This document shows, in pieces, positions 27,418-40,160 of a stretch of 64,000 nucleotides of DNA (position 1 is the stretch's first letter; the number at the start of each line of letters is the position of its first letter). This DNA is from Tubulanus polymorphus (Eukaryota > Animalia > Nemertea). The position numbers were made by a program, and so were the translations under genes. The stretch lies in contig NC_134035.1 of assembly GCF_964204645.1 (NCBI RefSeq), positions 13,700,686-13,764,685 on the forward strand, read 5' to 3'. The notes beneath the pieces were generated by a model. That model was not told the DNA's origin. It saw only the letters and a program-made list of their open reading frames with translations, and ran no database searches.

Positions 27418-28056
27418 CGTGAATTAAAGACACTGTAGTACCAACCGGAACTATCCCCGTTCCGTTCGGCAGCTCCTGTCGTCTGTCATCAACCTTCGCG
27501 CGCGTGTTTTATTGAAAACTAAACAAAATGTGATTTAGATTATGAAAACGATCTTTTCTTTATTTTCTATTTACAAATGAATCTCTCCGGCTCTCTCTCT
27601 CTCGATCTACCATGTATCATATGGGATATTGTATCTGTTATGAGTATTATCTGGTGTCTATTGTCAGCAGACGTACGTGCATCCGGCGCGGCTGGAGCTG
27701 GTCGTGTTGGTACGTGCGCCATTCATTCAAACTAAAATAAAAAGAATCTCTTCTCTCTCGACTCATCGTTTATTTCAAATGACGTGATTTAAACGATATG
27801 GCGCCATAAGGTACAACGTCGATTGGTAATCGAACAGACTGTATTGACGGGTGGTGGGGTAGGTAAAGGAGAGAGGGGCTAGGGGAGGGAGGGGGGTTCA
27901 TGCTTTCATCGACCATCGGGTTTCGGTTCTCTGTTTGGGCCTCTGTTTTCTGAGGCAGAATGAAATCTATTCGAATAACAGCGCCTTATACTCAGACATG
28001 GCCTACTGGGACTTTTGACTTACTTGATCAAAAACGAAATCATTTTTACTTTTTAG

Positions 28057-28338
28057 TGGAGAGAGGAGAGAGGAGAGAGAGAGGAGAGAGGAGAGAGGAG
28101 AGAGAGAGGAGAGAGGAGAGAGGAGAGGGAGAGGGAGAGGGAGAGGGAGAGAAAGCGAGGAGAGGGGAGGGAGAGGAGAGAGAGAGGAGAGCGGGAGAGG
28201 AGATAGGGAGGGGGAGAAAGAGGAGAGCAGAGAGGGAGGGGGAGAGAGAGAGAGGAGAGAAGAGCGGGAAAGGGAGGGGAGAGAGAGGAGAGGAGAGCGG
28301 GAGAGGGAGGGAGGGGGAGAGAGAGAGGAGGGGAGAGG
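28057..28338. repeat. GA-rich low-complexity tract
   Basis: Polypurine microsatellite. Confidence 0.9.
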
Positions 28339-29441
28339 TTTGAATTGAAAGCTGTCGCTGATTTGTTTTTTTTTTCTATTTCAGTATGAAGATGAGTGAC
28401 TTCCTGTGAACACGTGGTGTCACACAAGCTGTTACAATTCTCACTTCACTACAGTCAATCAGTGTCTATTGCTAATAATTACTAATTGAACTATAACGCA
28501 CAGATTTTTCAAACACGCGCGTCTATTAATTCTCGACTGTAATTATCGAGGTAAATGATACTATAATAATATTGCTTGTACGGGATTGTAGCCGTTATAG
28601 ATCAACCACCAGCAGGGTCCAATTTTACAAAATAGACTTAATTCTTAAATCCAGCTCTCAACAGAGTGTACATAGTATGCGATAAGTGGATGGTCGACAA
28701 CGTGTACAGGGGTGTCCCGGGTTCAAACCCGGTAACTGATTTAGAGTGGTCCTGATGCTGAATAGGGGATGTTGAGGGGTGTCCCGGGTTCGAACCCAGT
28801 AATTACTGATACTGATTCAGAGTCGTTCTGATGCTGATGTACAGGGGTGTCGGGTTCGAACCCAGTAATTACTGATACTGATTCAGAGTGGTACTGATGC
28901 TGAATTGAGGATGTACAGGGGCGTCGGGACATAGCGATACCGGTACATGGATTGATATGTTCGCCATCTATTGGAATTGTGCTGAACTATCACATATCTC
29001 GTTTTTTCAATAGCGAAGATTTGCGAGGTGCTAAATATCACATTCGCCATCTATCGGACACGAAGGAATTTAAATGTCAATATACATGATGTCCCGGGCT
29101 CGAACCAGTTATCCACGTCAATAACAGGACGCCTGTTTTCCCGCGAGAAACAGAAATAATAAAACCTGAACACAATCTTAATACTGACACCTTTTTATTT
29201 TATAATATAACTTTTGTTATTATAAATCAATATTCACTAGAAGATTGAAAAAACGACGATATATCTAATACTTTTAATATAAAAACATTGATAAAAGAAA
29301 ATCTTTTTTATAACAATAAAATTAAAAAGAAAAAACCCACCTTATTGAAATCCATTCACCTAATTATTGATTATAAAGAATACACATGTATGATTGATAT
29401 GGAGCTGTGGTATGGAACAGTCACTTGAAAGCAGTCACTAT

Positions 29442-29670
29442 CTGCTGCAGCCTGTAACCTGCAGCCCTTCAGACAATCTGCAGCCTGGAACCTGCAGCCC
29501 TTCAGACAATCTGCAGCCTGTAACCTGCACCCCTACAGACAATCTGCAGCCTGTAACCTGCACCCCTACAGACAATCTGCAGCCTGTAACCTGCAGCCCT
29601 TCAGACAATCTGCAGCCTGTAACCTGCACCCCTACAGACACTCTACAGCCTGTAACCTGCAGCCTTTCAA
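29442..29670. repeat. 33-bp minisatellite, ~7 copies
   Basis: Unit CTGCAGCCTGTAACCTGCAGCCCTTCAGACAAT. Confidence 0.9.
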
Positions 29671-30106
29671 GCAGCACCCATGATGTATGGAATGTTTTAC
29701 TTTGGCCGGAATTGATTGACATTTCTAAAGGAATGACATGTGACAATTTACTAGTATTCAATAAGTTAGTAGAAACCGGGAAAACTAAACCCACAATAAA
29801 ACAATGATTCAAAACAATCGCAATTTTATCTACAGATCCACAGTAGACTACGATCTCTTGTCTCTGATCTACAGTAGACTACGATCTCTTGTCTCTGATC
29901 TACAGTAGACTACATGCTCTTGCCTCAGTGTTGGGACAAATAGATATTCACAGCAAGGCAGCAAATGAATTCAGGGACAGTTACAGTAATTCTCTTTGAA
30001 TAACTATCTACCTTGTAATTAGTTACAGTAATCTTCCTAGAATAATAATCTAACTTGTAATTAATTACAGTAATTTTCATTGACTAATAATCTTTGATGT
30101 AATAAA

Positions 30107-33100
30107 TTACAGTAATTTCAATTTATAATCCTCGATACCCGTTATGATTTCTATATCAGTATAAATCAACGTAGTCACAGCGTTCGCCGCCGTTCTCCAA
30201 ACTGCTGCCTTTGTTACCGCGTCGTCATAGGTAACGACGATACCTCGTCCACCGATCAGATCGTCCGAAGTCGCCGACTGATTTTCGGAATTCTGGCGGA
30301 TTTTCTCGATGAATTCGTTAAACACTTCAATCATCATCTCGAACACAAGTGTACGATTCGATATCTCACAATTATCTGAAATATATCAAAAAAGAAAAAT
30401 GTTCAAAATACACATGTGACCTTCACCTTAAAACAATCCACTTGATGTTTTGAAATCGGCCTATTTCATAATGGACGAAGCCATCTTGGATTTTGATTAA
30501 AACAGCCATTAGCTTGGATATTGAATTTGACGGAATAATCAAAATACAAAATGGCTGCTTACTCAAAATACAAAATGGCCACTCAAGGAAAATACAAGAT
30601 GGCTGCTTTGTAGATGTGTTATTCATACCGATAAGTTGTTTCAGTATTTGTATCGAGTGTTGTTCAGTCGACCCCGCTCCGGGTAAAACCACTCCTCGCT
30701 CTATTGCATACTGTAGTCTATACGCGCAGTGTAGAAACTGTTCCTCTTTATGTCTCAAGAGGGCGCTAGCTGGATGACAACTAACCGCCGTCTGGAAATA
30801 GAACAATGACAACAGTTAATGTAAGACAAGGTTTTTACTAATCAGCGAATTCAAAATTCCCCTCGACAGATATCCTCAATGAGGGCTGTTTCTTATCAAG
30901 AGGTTCCTCGCGCCACTCGTCACCAGCAAGAACAACAAGACACCAAAAACTCAAATTCCCTCAGATTATTTTCAAGAAACGAGTCGGAAATCTCTGATTT
31001 GCCTGATCTGTAAGAATATTGAAGGTGTGAATCTATTTACCCAGGTTGGATGTCCACAGTCTACGATTATGTATGGAAGAAGAGAATCAGAATCCATCCA
31101 ATCAGCTCGCCAAACTGATAACTTTATTCCACTCGCTACATTATACTACAATAGATAAAGTTACAATGTAACATGAACTAGTTACAGTGCCCCAGTTACA
31201 ATGTATCATGAACTAGTTACAGTGCCCCAGTTACAATGTATCATGAACTAGTTACAGTGCCCCAGTTACAATGTTTTTGTCCAGATTCTTTTTACGTAAA
31301 GGTACACACTGATAAAAGCAATTACTTAATAAGCAATTTAAAAAGCTTGTGCTGCATAGTTTCCCGACAGCTGAACATGTATATGGTATGGAAAGGAGAT
31401 ATATAGTTAAGAGACCGAAGTATTTTGCCAAACACATTTCCAGAATTTTTCGCACATTTTCATGGTTTTTCACAGATTTTCATAAATTTTTCACATTTTG
31501 CGCATTTTGAAGCAGAAATCAATTTTTCACAGATTTTCAACACATTTTCCACACCAATCCGTGTGAACCGTGGGCCTGTAATGATAAGACGTTGCACGCT
31601 TACCTTGTTAACGTCGCGTATATAAGTGGTAAGTTCAGTTTTAGTAGCCGTTGAAATCGTACGTAACACTTTATACGGCACGTGATGAATGACGGCAATC
31701 GCAAAGTTTTTAGAATTCAGCGTCAGCAATAAATTCAAATCTACTTCGCCTTGAACTAAAACGGCTTTTACATTCAACTAGAAAATATACAATACACTCA
31801 GGTATTAAAACAAGCTTATTTCATTTAAAAGGCATCGAGAAATTTGAGCAAACTACTTATAAACCGAGTAGAATTGAGAGTGATATCTGAGTTGGATGGT
31901 ACAGTAGACTCGGCTCAAGTCTGATCTTATGACTTGACAGTGATATCTGAGTTGGATGGTACAGTAGACTCCGCTCAAGTCGGATCGTTTGACTTGAAAG
32001 TGATATCTGAGTTCATACAGTTGACTCGAGTAGACTCAAGTCGGATCTTTTGACTTGAGAGTGATATCTGAGTTGGATGTTACAGTAGACTCCGCTCAAG
32101 TTTGATCTTTTGACTTGAGAGCGATATCTGAGTTGGATGTTACAGTAGACTCCGCTCAAGTTTGATCTTTTGACTTGAGAGTGATATCTGAGTTGGATGG
32201 TACAGTAGACTCCGCTCAACTTTGATCTTATGACTTGACAGTGATATCTGAGTTGGATGGTACAGTAGACTCCGCTCAAGTCTGATCTTTTGACTTGAGA
32301 GTGATATCTGAGTTGGATGATACAGTAGACTGCGCTCAAGTCTGATCTTTATGACTTGAGAGTGATATCTGAGTTGGATGATACAGTAGACTCCGCTCAA
32401 GTCTGATCTTTTGACTCGAGAGTGATATCTGAGTTGGATGGTACAGTAGACTCCGCTCAAGTCTGATCTTTTGACTCGAGAGCGATATCTGAGTTGGATG
32501 GTACAGTAGACTCCGCTCAAGTCTGATCTTTTGACTTGACAGTGGTATCTGAGTTGGATGATACAGTAGACTCCGCTCAAGTCTGATCTTTTGACTCGAG
32601 AGCGATATCTGAGTTGGATGGTACAGTAGACTCCGCTCAAGTCAGATCTTTTGACTTGAGAGTGATATCTGAGTTGGATGGTACAGTAGACTCCGCTCAA
32701 GTCTGATCTTTTGACTCGAGAGCGATATCTGAGTTGGATGATACAGTAGACTCCACTCAAGTCTGATCTTTTGACTCGAGAGCGATATCTGAGTTGGATG
32801 GTACAGTAGACTCCGCTCAAGTCTGATCTTTTGACTCGAGAGTGATATCTGAGTTGGATGGTACAGTAGACTCCGCTCAAGTCTGATCTTTTGACTCGAG
32901 AGTGATATCTGAGTTGGATGATACAGTAGACTCCGCTCAAGTCTGATCTTTTGACTCGAAAGCGATATCTGAGTTGGATGGTACAGTAGACTCCGCTCAA
33001 GTCTGATCTTTTAACTTGAGAGTGATATCTGAGTTGGATGGTACAGTAGACTCCGCTCAAGTCTGATCTTTTGACTTGACAGTGGTATCTGAGTTGGATG

Positions 33101-36100
33101 GTACAGTAGACTCCACTCAAGTCTGATCTTTTGACTTGAGAGTGATATCTGAGTTGGATGATACAGTAGACTCTGCTATAAGTAGATCCAGTTCTAGACT
33201 CTACGCTGAGTTAAACTCTGGTTATGATAATCAAACTCACATTTTTCAGAATAAGAACACACTGATCGATCCATGTTTCTCTAGTTTGTGAAATCGTTTC
33301 AACGTCTGTCGTCACCGAGCTGTTCACCGAGTCTTTATGTCCCGTGTGTTTCCATGACGATTTTAAATCACCGGCGATTAACTGCAACAATAGAATTTAC
33401 AAACGAACATTCTTCAGCGAAAATATCAATAGTTTACTGGGGTAACATCAAGGGGAAATTTCTTGTATCACTTGTTTTAACTTGAGAGTCAAATTCTACC
33501 CAAGAACTGTGGAACTGGGTCCTAAACTGTGGAACCAGGTCCTGAACTGTGGAACCGGGTCCTGAACTGTGGAACCGGGTTCAGAACTGTGGAACTGGGT
33601 TCAGAACTGTGGAACTGGATCCTGAACTGTGGAACTGGTCCAAGAACTGTGGAACTGGATCCAGAACTGTGAAACTAGTTTCAGTTGTATAATAATTGTA
33701 AGACTCACCAGAATGTTATAATCAGTTGAATTGTCTTGTTGAATAATTGAAATGACATCAGTCGAGGCCGGTAAAATAATACCATCTACAACTGTGGGTT
33801 TAACAGATATAGACCCCTGCAGACAGTAACAGTTAACACTAGAAACATCAAACCTGCAATAAAAACACATACATCATGCAACAGTCCAGGCTGAGGGGGA
33901 TGTGAGGAGATGAGAAGGGTGTGAGGGGCTGTGAGGGGAGAGAGGGCTGTGAGGGGCTATGAGGGGATGAGAGGGGAGAAGATTGATAAACTTACTGTTG
34001 TTTGTGATGATGATTTGCTGCTGCTGTTTGTTGTTTGTTGTAAGTCATCATTAACAGATCGGAGACATCATCACAATTACGAGTTAATCCACGGATAATC
34101 CTCTTTAAATCCACACCCGACGACGAACACGAGATTATCTCGCATTGTCGAGATTTACCCGAGTCCGGATTATCGTCCGTTGTTGTCGAGGGTGAATCGA
34201 ATCGGGAAGGAATCAACGATGATTCGATGAAGAAATTCTCACAATTCATCGTCACATTTTCGATCAGTTTTTCGTTGTATTTCGTGATATTCTCGGTCGC
34301 CGTGACGACCGAATCTCGAAACTCGGCGCGTAACCAAGCCTCATTCTCATCGACCAATCGAATCAAAGCCGATTTACGGTCGGTAACGTCGCGAATCAAT
34401 TGTTGAAACGATTCCGAGGACACGGCGACGAACGAAGCTCGATTCTCTTCCCAGTGAACGAGCAATGATTCGGAATCTACGTTTAGAATCTGTACGAGAT
34501 TCTGACACTGTCGCTCGGCGACGGGAATCGTACGCGTCGTCGTGGAATCGACGAGGATTCGTTTATTCCTCGTAACAATACCGATCGTTTCTCCATGAAT
34601 CTCGTAGGATTTCATCGTCAATAAACGAAACATCTCGCGAATCTGATTCGTGCAGAGATCGGCGGAATCATCGAGAGCTTGATTCATCGTCGTTACGATT
34701 CTTTCCGTTTTATGAATCGCGGATTCGTGGAATAGTTCTAGTAGTTTTTTAAGCTGGTTACAATGACGTTGTAGTAGTGTCGAGTATGAACACATCGATT
34801 CACTTATATAATCATACAGAGCAGAACGCTGTTTGAATATCTTACCCAACAATGACTCATCATCCTACAAATAAATTAATAATTAATATCCGACCCCGAG
34901 TCGCGCAGTCGTTTCTTTAATATAAGTTGTCTTATATCTCAAAACTGGTCTTAAATTGTTATTGATCTTAAGACTGGGGCTGCAGTAGCTCAAATGTTGG
35001 TTAAAAATACCTGGCGGATTTATACCAAAGTTATGACAAACTTCCAACTGTCACTATGTCAGCTATCTACTGGTTAACTCTACCCAACTTTTAAACAACT
35101 GCAGCCCCTGGATTTTAATTGTTATTGTCCGCGCCCAGTTTCACAAAAATGATAAATGCCTAAATCGATTAAAGATAAACTGAATTAATGAAGAAATTAT
35201 ATTGATTTAAGAGTTAAACCTGTTTGTGAAACTGGGACGTGAAGAGTTAAACAGACACTGCAAATAAACTGATTTCAACTGAAGAAATTGAAACAAGAGT
35301 CAAAGATCTGTAACACCCCCTCGTCCCTCGCTCCCCTCACCCTCCCCCTCCCCCCCCCCACTAGAGAGGATGATACGTACCTTTATAACGTTAGCCGACA
35401 ATAATTCAGTTTTCCGATCGACCTCGTCTTTCAAAACTTCAAACGTAGCGTGTAAACTCTCCAATAAACTCGATTGATATTGATCGATCATTGATTTCGA
35501 CGTTGCGAATATCTTCGTTCGTTCGTCGTCGACGGCGACCGATAATACGTCGTCGAGGCAACGACGTTTTTTGTCTCGGTGTTCGGAGATGACGTGACGT
35601 AACGACAAACATAAACTCTCGATACTCGTATCGATACGCTGATACAACTCAGCGAGAATCTGCCATAATTCATCGGTACAATCTCCGATACATTGGTTTA
35701 TTCTCACTCGAGATACAGGCATTCGCGGTGATTCCCTCCATGGTGATTCCCTACCCAATGATTCCCTTCCTGTAGATTCCCTCCATACAGATTCCCTGCC
35801 CGATGATTCCCTTCCTACAGATTCCCTCCATGCCGATTCCCTTCCTACAGATTCCCTTCCTGTAGATTCCCTTCCTACAGATTCCCTCCATGCTGATTCC
35901 CTTCCTACAGATTCCCTTCCTGTAGATTCCCTTCCTACAGATTCCCTCCATGCTGATTGCCTCCCTCGTGATTCTCTCCATACAGATTCCCTCTCAAGCG
36001 ATTCCCTCCCTGTCGATTCAGTAGCTACTGATACATTCCCCGCAGATTCCCACCATGTTGATTCCGTTGTTCCCGGTGATTCCCTCGATTCCGCTGTCAC

Positions 36101-39100
36101 TGATTTACCGTTCAATTTCATGAAGAATTGCTCGTATATAGCGTGTACGTCGAGCGCCCCCTGGTGTCTGAACGCGTCCATATCACCGGTGAACGATTCA
36201 CTCGATCGCTCGCTTTTAGACGCCGATACATCCTTGTCGTCGTGGAAACTATCGACCATTGTTTGAAACGTAGCGTCGAGTTTAGAGTTGAAACTCGCCT
36301 GAGTTTTAACGATTCGATTCTCGAGTTTTAAACTCTCGTTTTTAACTCGTTCGATCAAAGAATCGCAGATTCTCGTAAATATCGTCGAGAACGATTCGTC
36401 TCGAATCGACGACGAATCGAGATTCAATATCGCGAGAGATTTCGACCGCGTTGTATCACCGTGGTAACCGGAGTCGACTCGTGTGTCGACCCTGCGTTTC
36501 TCGACCCCTCGTCTCTGGACCCCGCCACCGCCGCCGCTGCTGCTGCTGCTGTCATCGTTATTCAAACTCTTCGATGATTTCCCGATCTCAAAACGACGTC
36601 TCGTTAACTCAGGAGTTTTAGAACGTAGTATATTCGGTGAAGATTTCGAACTCTTTAAACTCCTGCTCGTTACAACTCGTTCACGACCGATAAATTTACG
36701 ATTGGATGACGTGTAAATCATATGTTCAGCGCGCTCCGAGGTGTCCGGTGGATGGTGCATTGAGTAGGTGTCCGGTGGATGGTGCATTGAGTAGGTGTCG
36801 GGTGAATGGTGTGAGCTATAGGTGTCTGGTTGGCGTGAGTTGTAGGTGTCCGGTTGGCGTGAGTCGTAGGTGTCCGGTTGGCATGAGTTGTAGGCATCCA
36901 GTTGGCGTATTGAGTCAGTGTCTGGTTGGCGGTAGGTGTTTGGTTGGCGTGAGTTGTAAGCTCCCGGTTGGCACGTTGAATAAGTGTCCGGTTGGTACGA
37001 GGAATAGGTGTCTGGTTGGCGTGAGTTGTAAGCATCTGGTTGGCGCGTTGAGTAAGGGTCTGATCCATTCTCTGATCTGTAGTGTCGACTCATCTTCGTA
37101 ACAATCGGTCGTTTGAATTTTATTTTCTCATTAATCAGATCGTTAATAGATGGCGTTGTTGTAGAAGTGTTTTCTAGGAACACATCGTCGTCGTGTATTT
37201 TCTGTCCGACCGAAAGTTTACGTAATTCACACGTTTTTCCGGTTTCCGTTGATTTCTTTCCGCGATCATCGAAACAAGCATCGAATTCATCTTCGTATTC
37301 GTGATTCAAACCAGCAGCGATATCTCGTCGATTCAGATTCAGAGGAGAGTTGAGAGGAGGAGGAAGAGAATTGAGATTCAGAGGAGCAGAATTGAGAGGA
37401 GGAGGAGGAAGAGGAAGAGAATTGAGATTCAGAGGAGAATTGAAAGGAGGAGGAAGAGAATTGAGATTCAGAGGAGCAGATGGAACCTGAAATGGAACCT
37501 CGTCATTTTGAGGCAGTAAATCGACAATCTGAGTCGGCAAATCAGAATATGGAGGCGGGAAGTCCACATTTGAAGGAGGGGTGGTAGGAGCCAGGGTGCC
37601 TGAAGGTTGGACGCTGGAGAGCAGGTTGCTGGAGGACTGGACGCTGGAGGGCAGGTTGCTGGAGGGCTGGACGCTGGAGGGCTGGACGCCGGAGAGCTGG
37701 ACGCCGGAGGGCTCGACGCTGGAGGTTTGGATGCTGTTTGATGATGTAAACTGATTATCATTAAACCCGGAGGTTTTTATCCGTTTTTCGATATTTCGTA
37801 AGTTGAATAAAACATCACCGGATTTTGTTAAATCTAAACACGATACAAACTCATCGTCATCATCATCATCATCACTATCATCATCACTAATCCCTCTTTC
37901 CTCTTCATTACTTTGACCTCTAGTTGGAGGAGAGGAGGTAGATAATTCTGTATTATTTATTGCTGTATTTGAGCTTGGAGCAAATGGAGCAGGAAAATCC
38001 TCAATAGGAGGCGGTAGATCTTCAATCCAATGTGGCAGGATTTCTGTTGCAGGCAAGTCTCCTGGAGCAGACAAGTCCTCATTTGGAGGTGGCAGGATTT
38101 CTGTTGGAGGTGGCAGGAATTCTGTCGGCGGCAAATCTTCTGGAGCAGGCAAATCCTCGAATGGAGGTGGCAGAATATCTGTTGGAGGAGGTAAAATATC
38201 TGCTGGAAACGGGATTTCCGGTGGATGAGGCAGGATTTCTGTTGGAGGTGGCAGGAATACTTGTGTCGGAAGTGGCAGGATTTCTGATGGAGGCAAGTCT
38301 TCTGGAGCAGGCAAGTCCTCGATTGGAAGAGTCAAATCATCTGTTTGTAGGTTGCAAGAAGTAATGAATATGGATTCATGATTCTCTGTATTGTCGAGCC
38401 GTATTTTAATTGAGATATTCTCGAGATTTTTGATACATTCGTGAATTCCTTCATGTAGACCTTCGCAAACATCAAACACAGGAACCCCCTGAAATATACA
38501 ATCAATCATCAAACACAGGAACCCCCTAAAACATAAAATCAATTATCAAACACAGGAACCCCCTAAAATTTACAATCAAAATCTAGTTCTCAGAGTTAAA
38601 ACGACTCTAACTGAAGTTTTTGAATCAATAACTGTGTAACTGGTATCAGTAACTGTGGAACTGGTTTCAGTAACTGTGGAACTGGTTTCAGTAACTGTGG
38701 AACTGGGTTCAGAACTGTGGAACTGGATCCAGAATTGTGGTGGAGCTGCCTTAGTCTTCTCTCCTGGGCCTAGCCTTCCAATATTTCCTAGATCCGCCGG
38801 ATGCGCCCCTATACTGTGGAACTCCGACCACAGTCTTCATTGTGTACATGCAAATTATGCTGATTATAACTCAAGAGGTTTTAATCTAGTTAACGAATGA
38901 TGGATGTTTGATTAAATCACTGACCTGTTGTAGAAGTTTGAGAGATTTATCGAGCCATGCGTTAATGAGAAAGTGTAATGTTTTAACACCGCACACGTAT
39001 GTATCATGATGAGTTTGTATCGTTGACTGGATCAACTCACTTCTTATATCCTAACAATTAAAAATAACGGTCAAAGTGTGATGTCATAGTGGTCACCTGA

Positions 39101-40160
39101 CTATTTACTCAGCCAGGTCATAGGCTGTGACAACACTGGTCATGTGACCTGGTATTAGGGTTGTGATTGGCAATGATGTCACTGGTCACCTGACCTAGGG
39201 TTAGGGCTGTGATGTCACTGGTCACGTGACTGTCATTGGCTGAGGTGTCATAGTGGCCATCTGCTGTCATTGGCTGTGAGGTATTAGGGTTGTGATGTCA
39301 CTGGTCACATGATCAGGTATTAGGGTTGTGATTGGCTGTGATGTCACTGGTCACGTGACCCGGAATAGGAATTGTGATTGGCTGTGATATCACTGGTCAC
39401 ATGACCCGGTATAGGGGTTGTGATTGGCTGAGATGTCACTGGTCACATGGCCCGGTATTGGGGTTGTGATTGGTCATGTGACCCCAGGCGGGGTAGGTTC
39501 TTACTTTAATAGGCCGATGTTGCAGTATTTCTGCTGTACAATTTGTAAACGAATATCCACCAGATTTTCCACCATTTTCTTCATTTTCTTGTAAACAAAA
39601 CAAACTATAACGAAATAGAGAGTAATATCAGTTTCATTCCATTTATCATAGAGCATCTAATAGAGAGGGCACACGCACGCACGTGTGCCCACACGCACAA
39701 TACGTCGATCATTCTATGACATCAGTCTCTCCGCCAAAGTTTGAATCGATGTCGCCATTGAAGAAAATAAAGTAAACCAACAGCGATTACGCCAAAAATT
39801 TGAGTTTAACTTTTTTTGTGAAACTGGGCCAAGCAGGCACACGCACATGCCAACACGCACACCACACGCACACGCTAGGCTATATGACATCAGTCTCTAT
39901 ATTTTACTCAACGTCTCTGGTTTAATTCATTCACTTTCAAAACAAACGCTATACTAAGCCTACCACCAGTAGCGTCGTATTATCAATAAACAAGATTTTT
40001 ATTAAAGCAAGCTGGGGGCTCAATTTGATGACAAATATATATCAACAGTTGACAATCTGGCTGGTGGAATGAGAGGGCGCAGAACGGGTTATTGGGGGAT
40101 AGAAGCTGAACCTGGTCGAGGGAGCAGACAATGTTTCAAATACCTGCAGCTGCCGATCAT
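30107..40160 (-). CDS. BBS12: Bardet-Biedl syndrome 12-like chaperonin-related protein, ~1,738 aa, multi-exon; start exon uncertain
   Basis: Phase-consistent GT-AG exons: 40160-40144 (tentative), 39604-39505, 39050-38925, 38488-35381, 34864-33996, 33853-33709, 33381-33241, 31777-31604, 31145-31041, 30791-30629, 30375-30107. Motifs resembling vertebrate BBS12 (from memory): TYVCGVKTLHFLINAW...GVPV; FDVSSVNCYCLQG; LIAGDL; AVLVQGEV; KEEQFLHCAYRLQYAI...VLPGAGSTE; YDDAVTKAAVWRTA...TDIEIITG. Confidence 0.88.
31170..31275. repeat. 35-bp tandem repeat, 3 copies (BBS12 intron)
   Basis: Unit CATGAACTAGTTACAGTGCCCCAGTTACAATGTAT. Confidence 0.88.
31875..33175. repeat. 60-bp tandem repeat, ~21 copies (BBS12 intron)
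   Basis: Unit GTCTGATCTTTTGACTYGAGAGYGATATCTGAGTTGGATGRTACAGTAGACTCCGCTCAA. Confidence 0.96.
33505..33675. repeat. 20-bp minisatellite, ~8 copies
   Basis: Unit GAACTGTGGAACYGGGTCCT. Confidence 0.9.
34977..35107. mobile_element. PIF/Harbinger-like MITE in BBS12 intron
   Basis: TIRs GGGCTGCAGT / ACTGCAGCCC with CTG on both flanks; related copy at ~12005-12140. Confidence 0.65.
35134..35236. mobile_element. Short MITE-like element
   Basis: Inverted termini CCCAGTTTCACAAA / TTTGTGAAACTGGG around an AT-rich core. Confidence 0.55.
38630..38735. repeat. 21-bp minisatellite, ~5 copies
   Basis: Unit AACTGTGGAACTGGTTTCAGT. Confidence 0.85.
39075..39485. repeat. 46-bp degenerate tandem repeat (BBS12 intron)
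   Basis: Unit GTGATGTCACTGGTCACRTGACCCGGTATTAGGGTTGTGATTGGCT. Confidence 0.82.

Noticed and set aside
27635-27665. miR-12-like seed TGAGTATTA
   Set aside because: Only the seed matches, the 3' part differs, and there is no convincing precursor hairpin.
32013-33120. 326-aa and 108-aa ORFs with 20-aa repeats
   Set aside because: Translation of a 60-bp intronic tandem array, broken by indels. The flanking BBS12 exons splice around it in phase.
31875-33175. CRISPR-like regular array (also 41980-42392 and 18130-19370)
   Set aside because: No unique spacers, no cas genes, eukaryotic context; these are ordinary tandem repeats.
34180-34864. Kinesin-5 stalk/tail resemblance of the helical BBS12 insert
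   Set aside because: Only a vague compositional likeness; the BimC-box TGxTPxR motif is absent.
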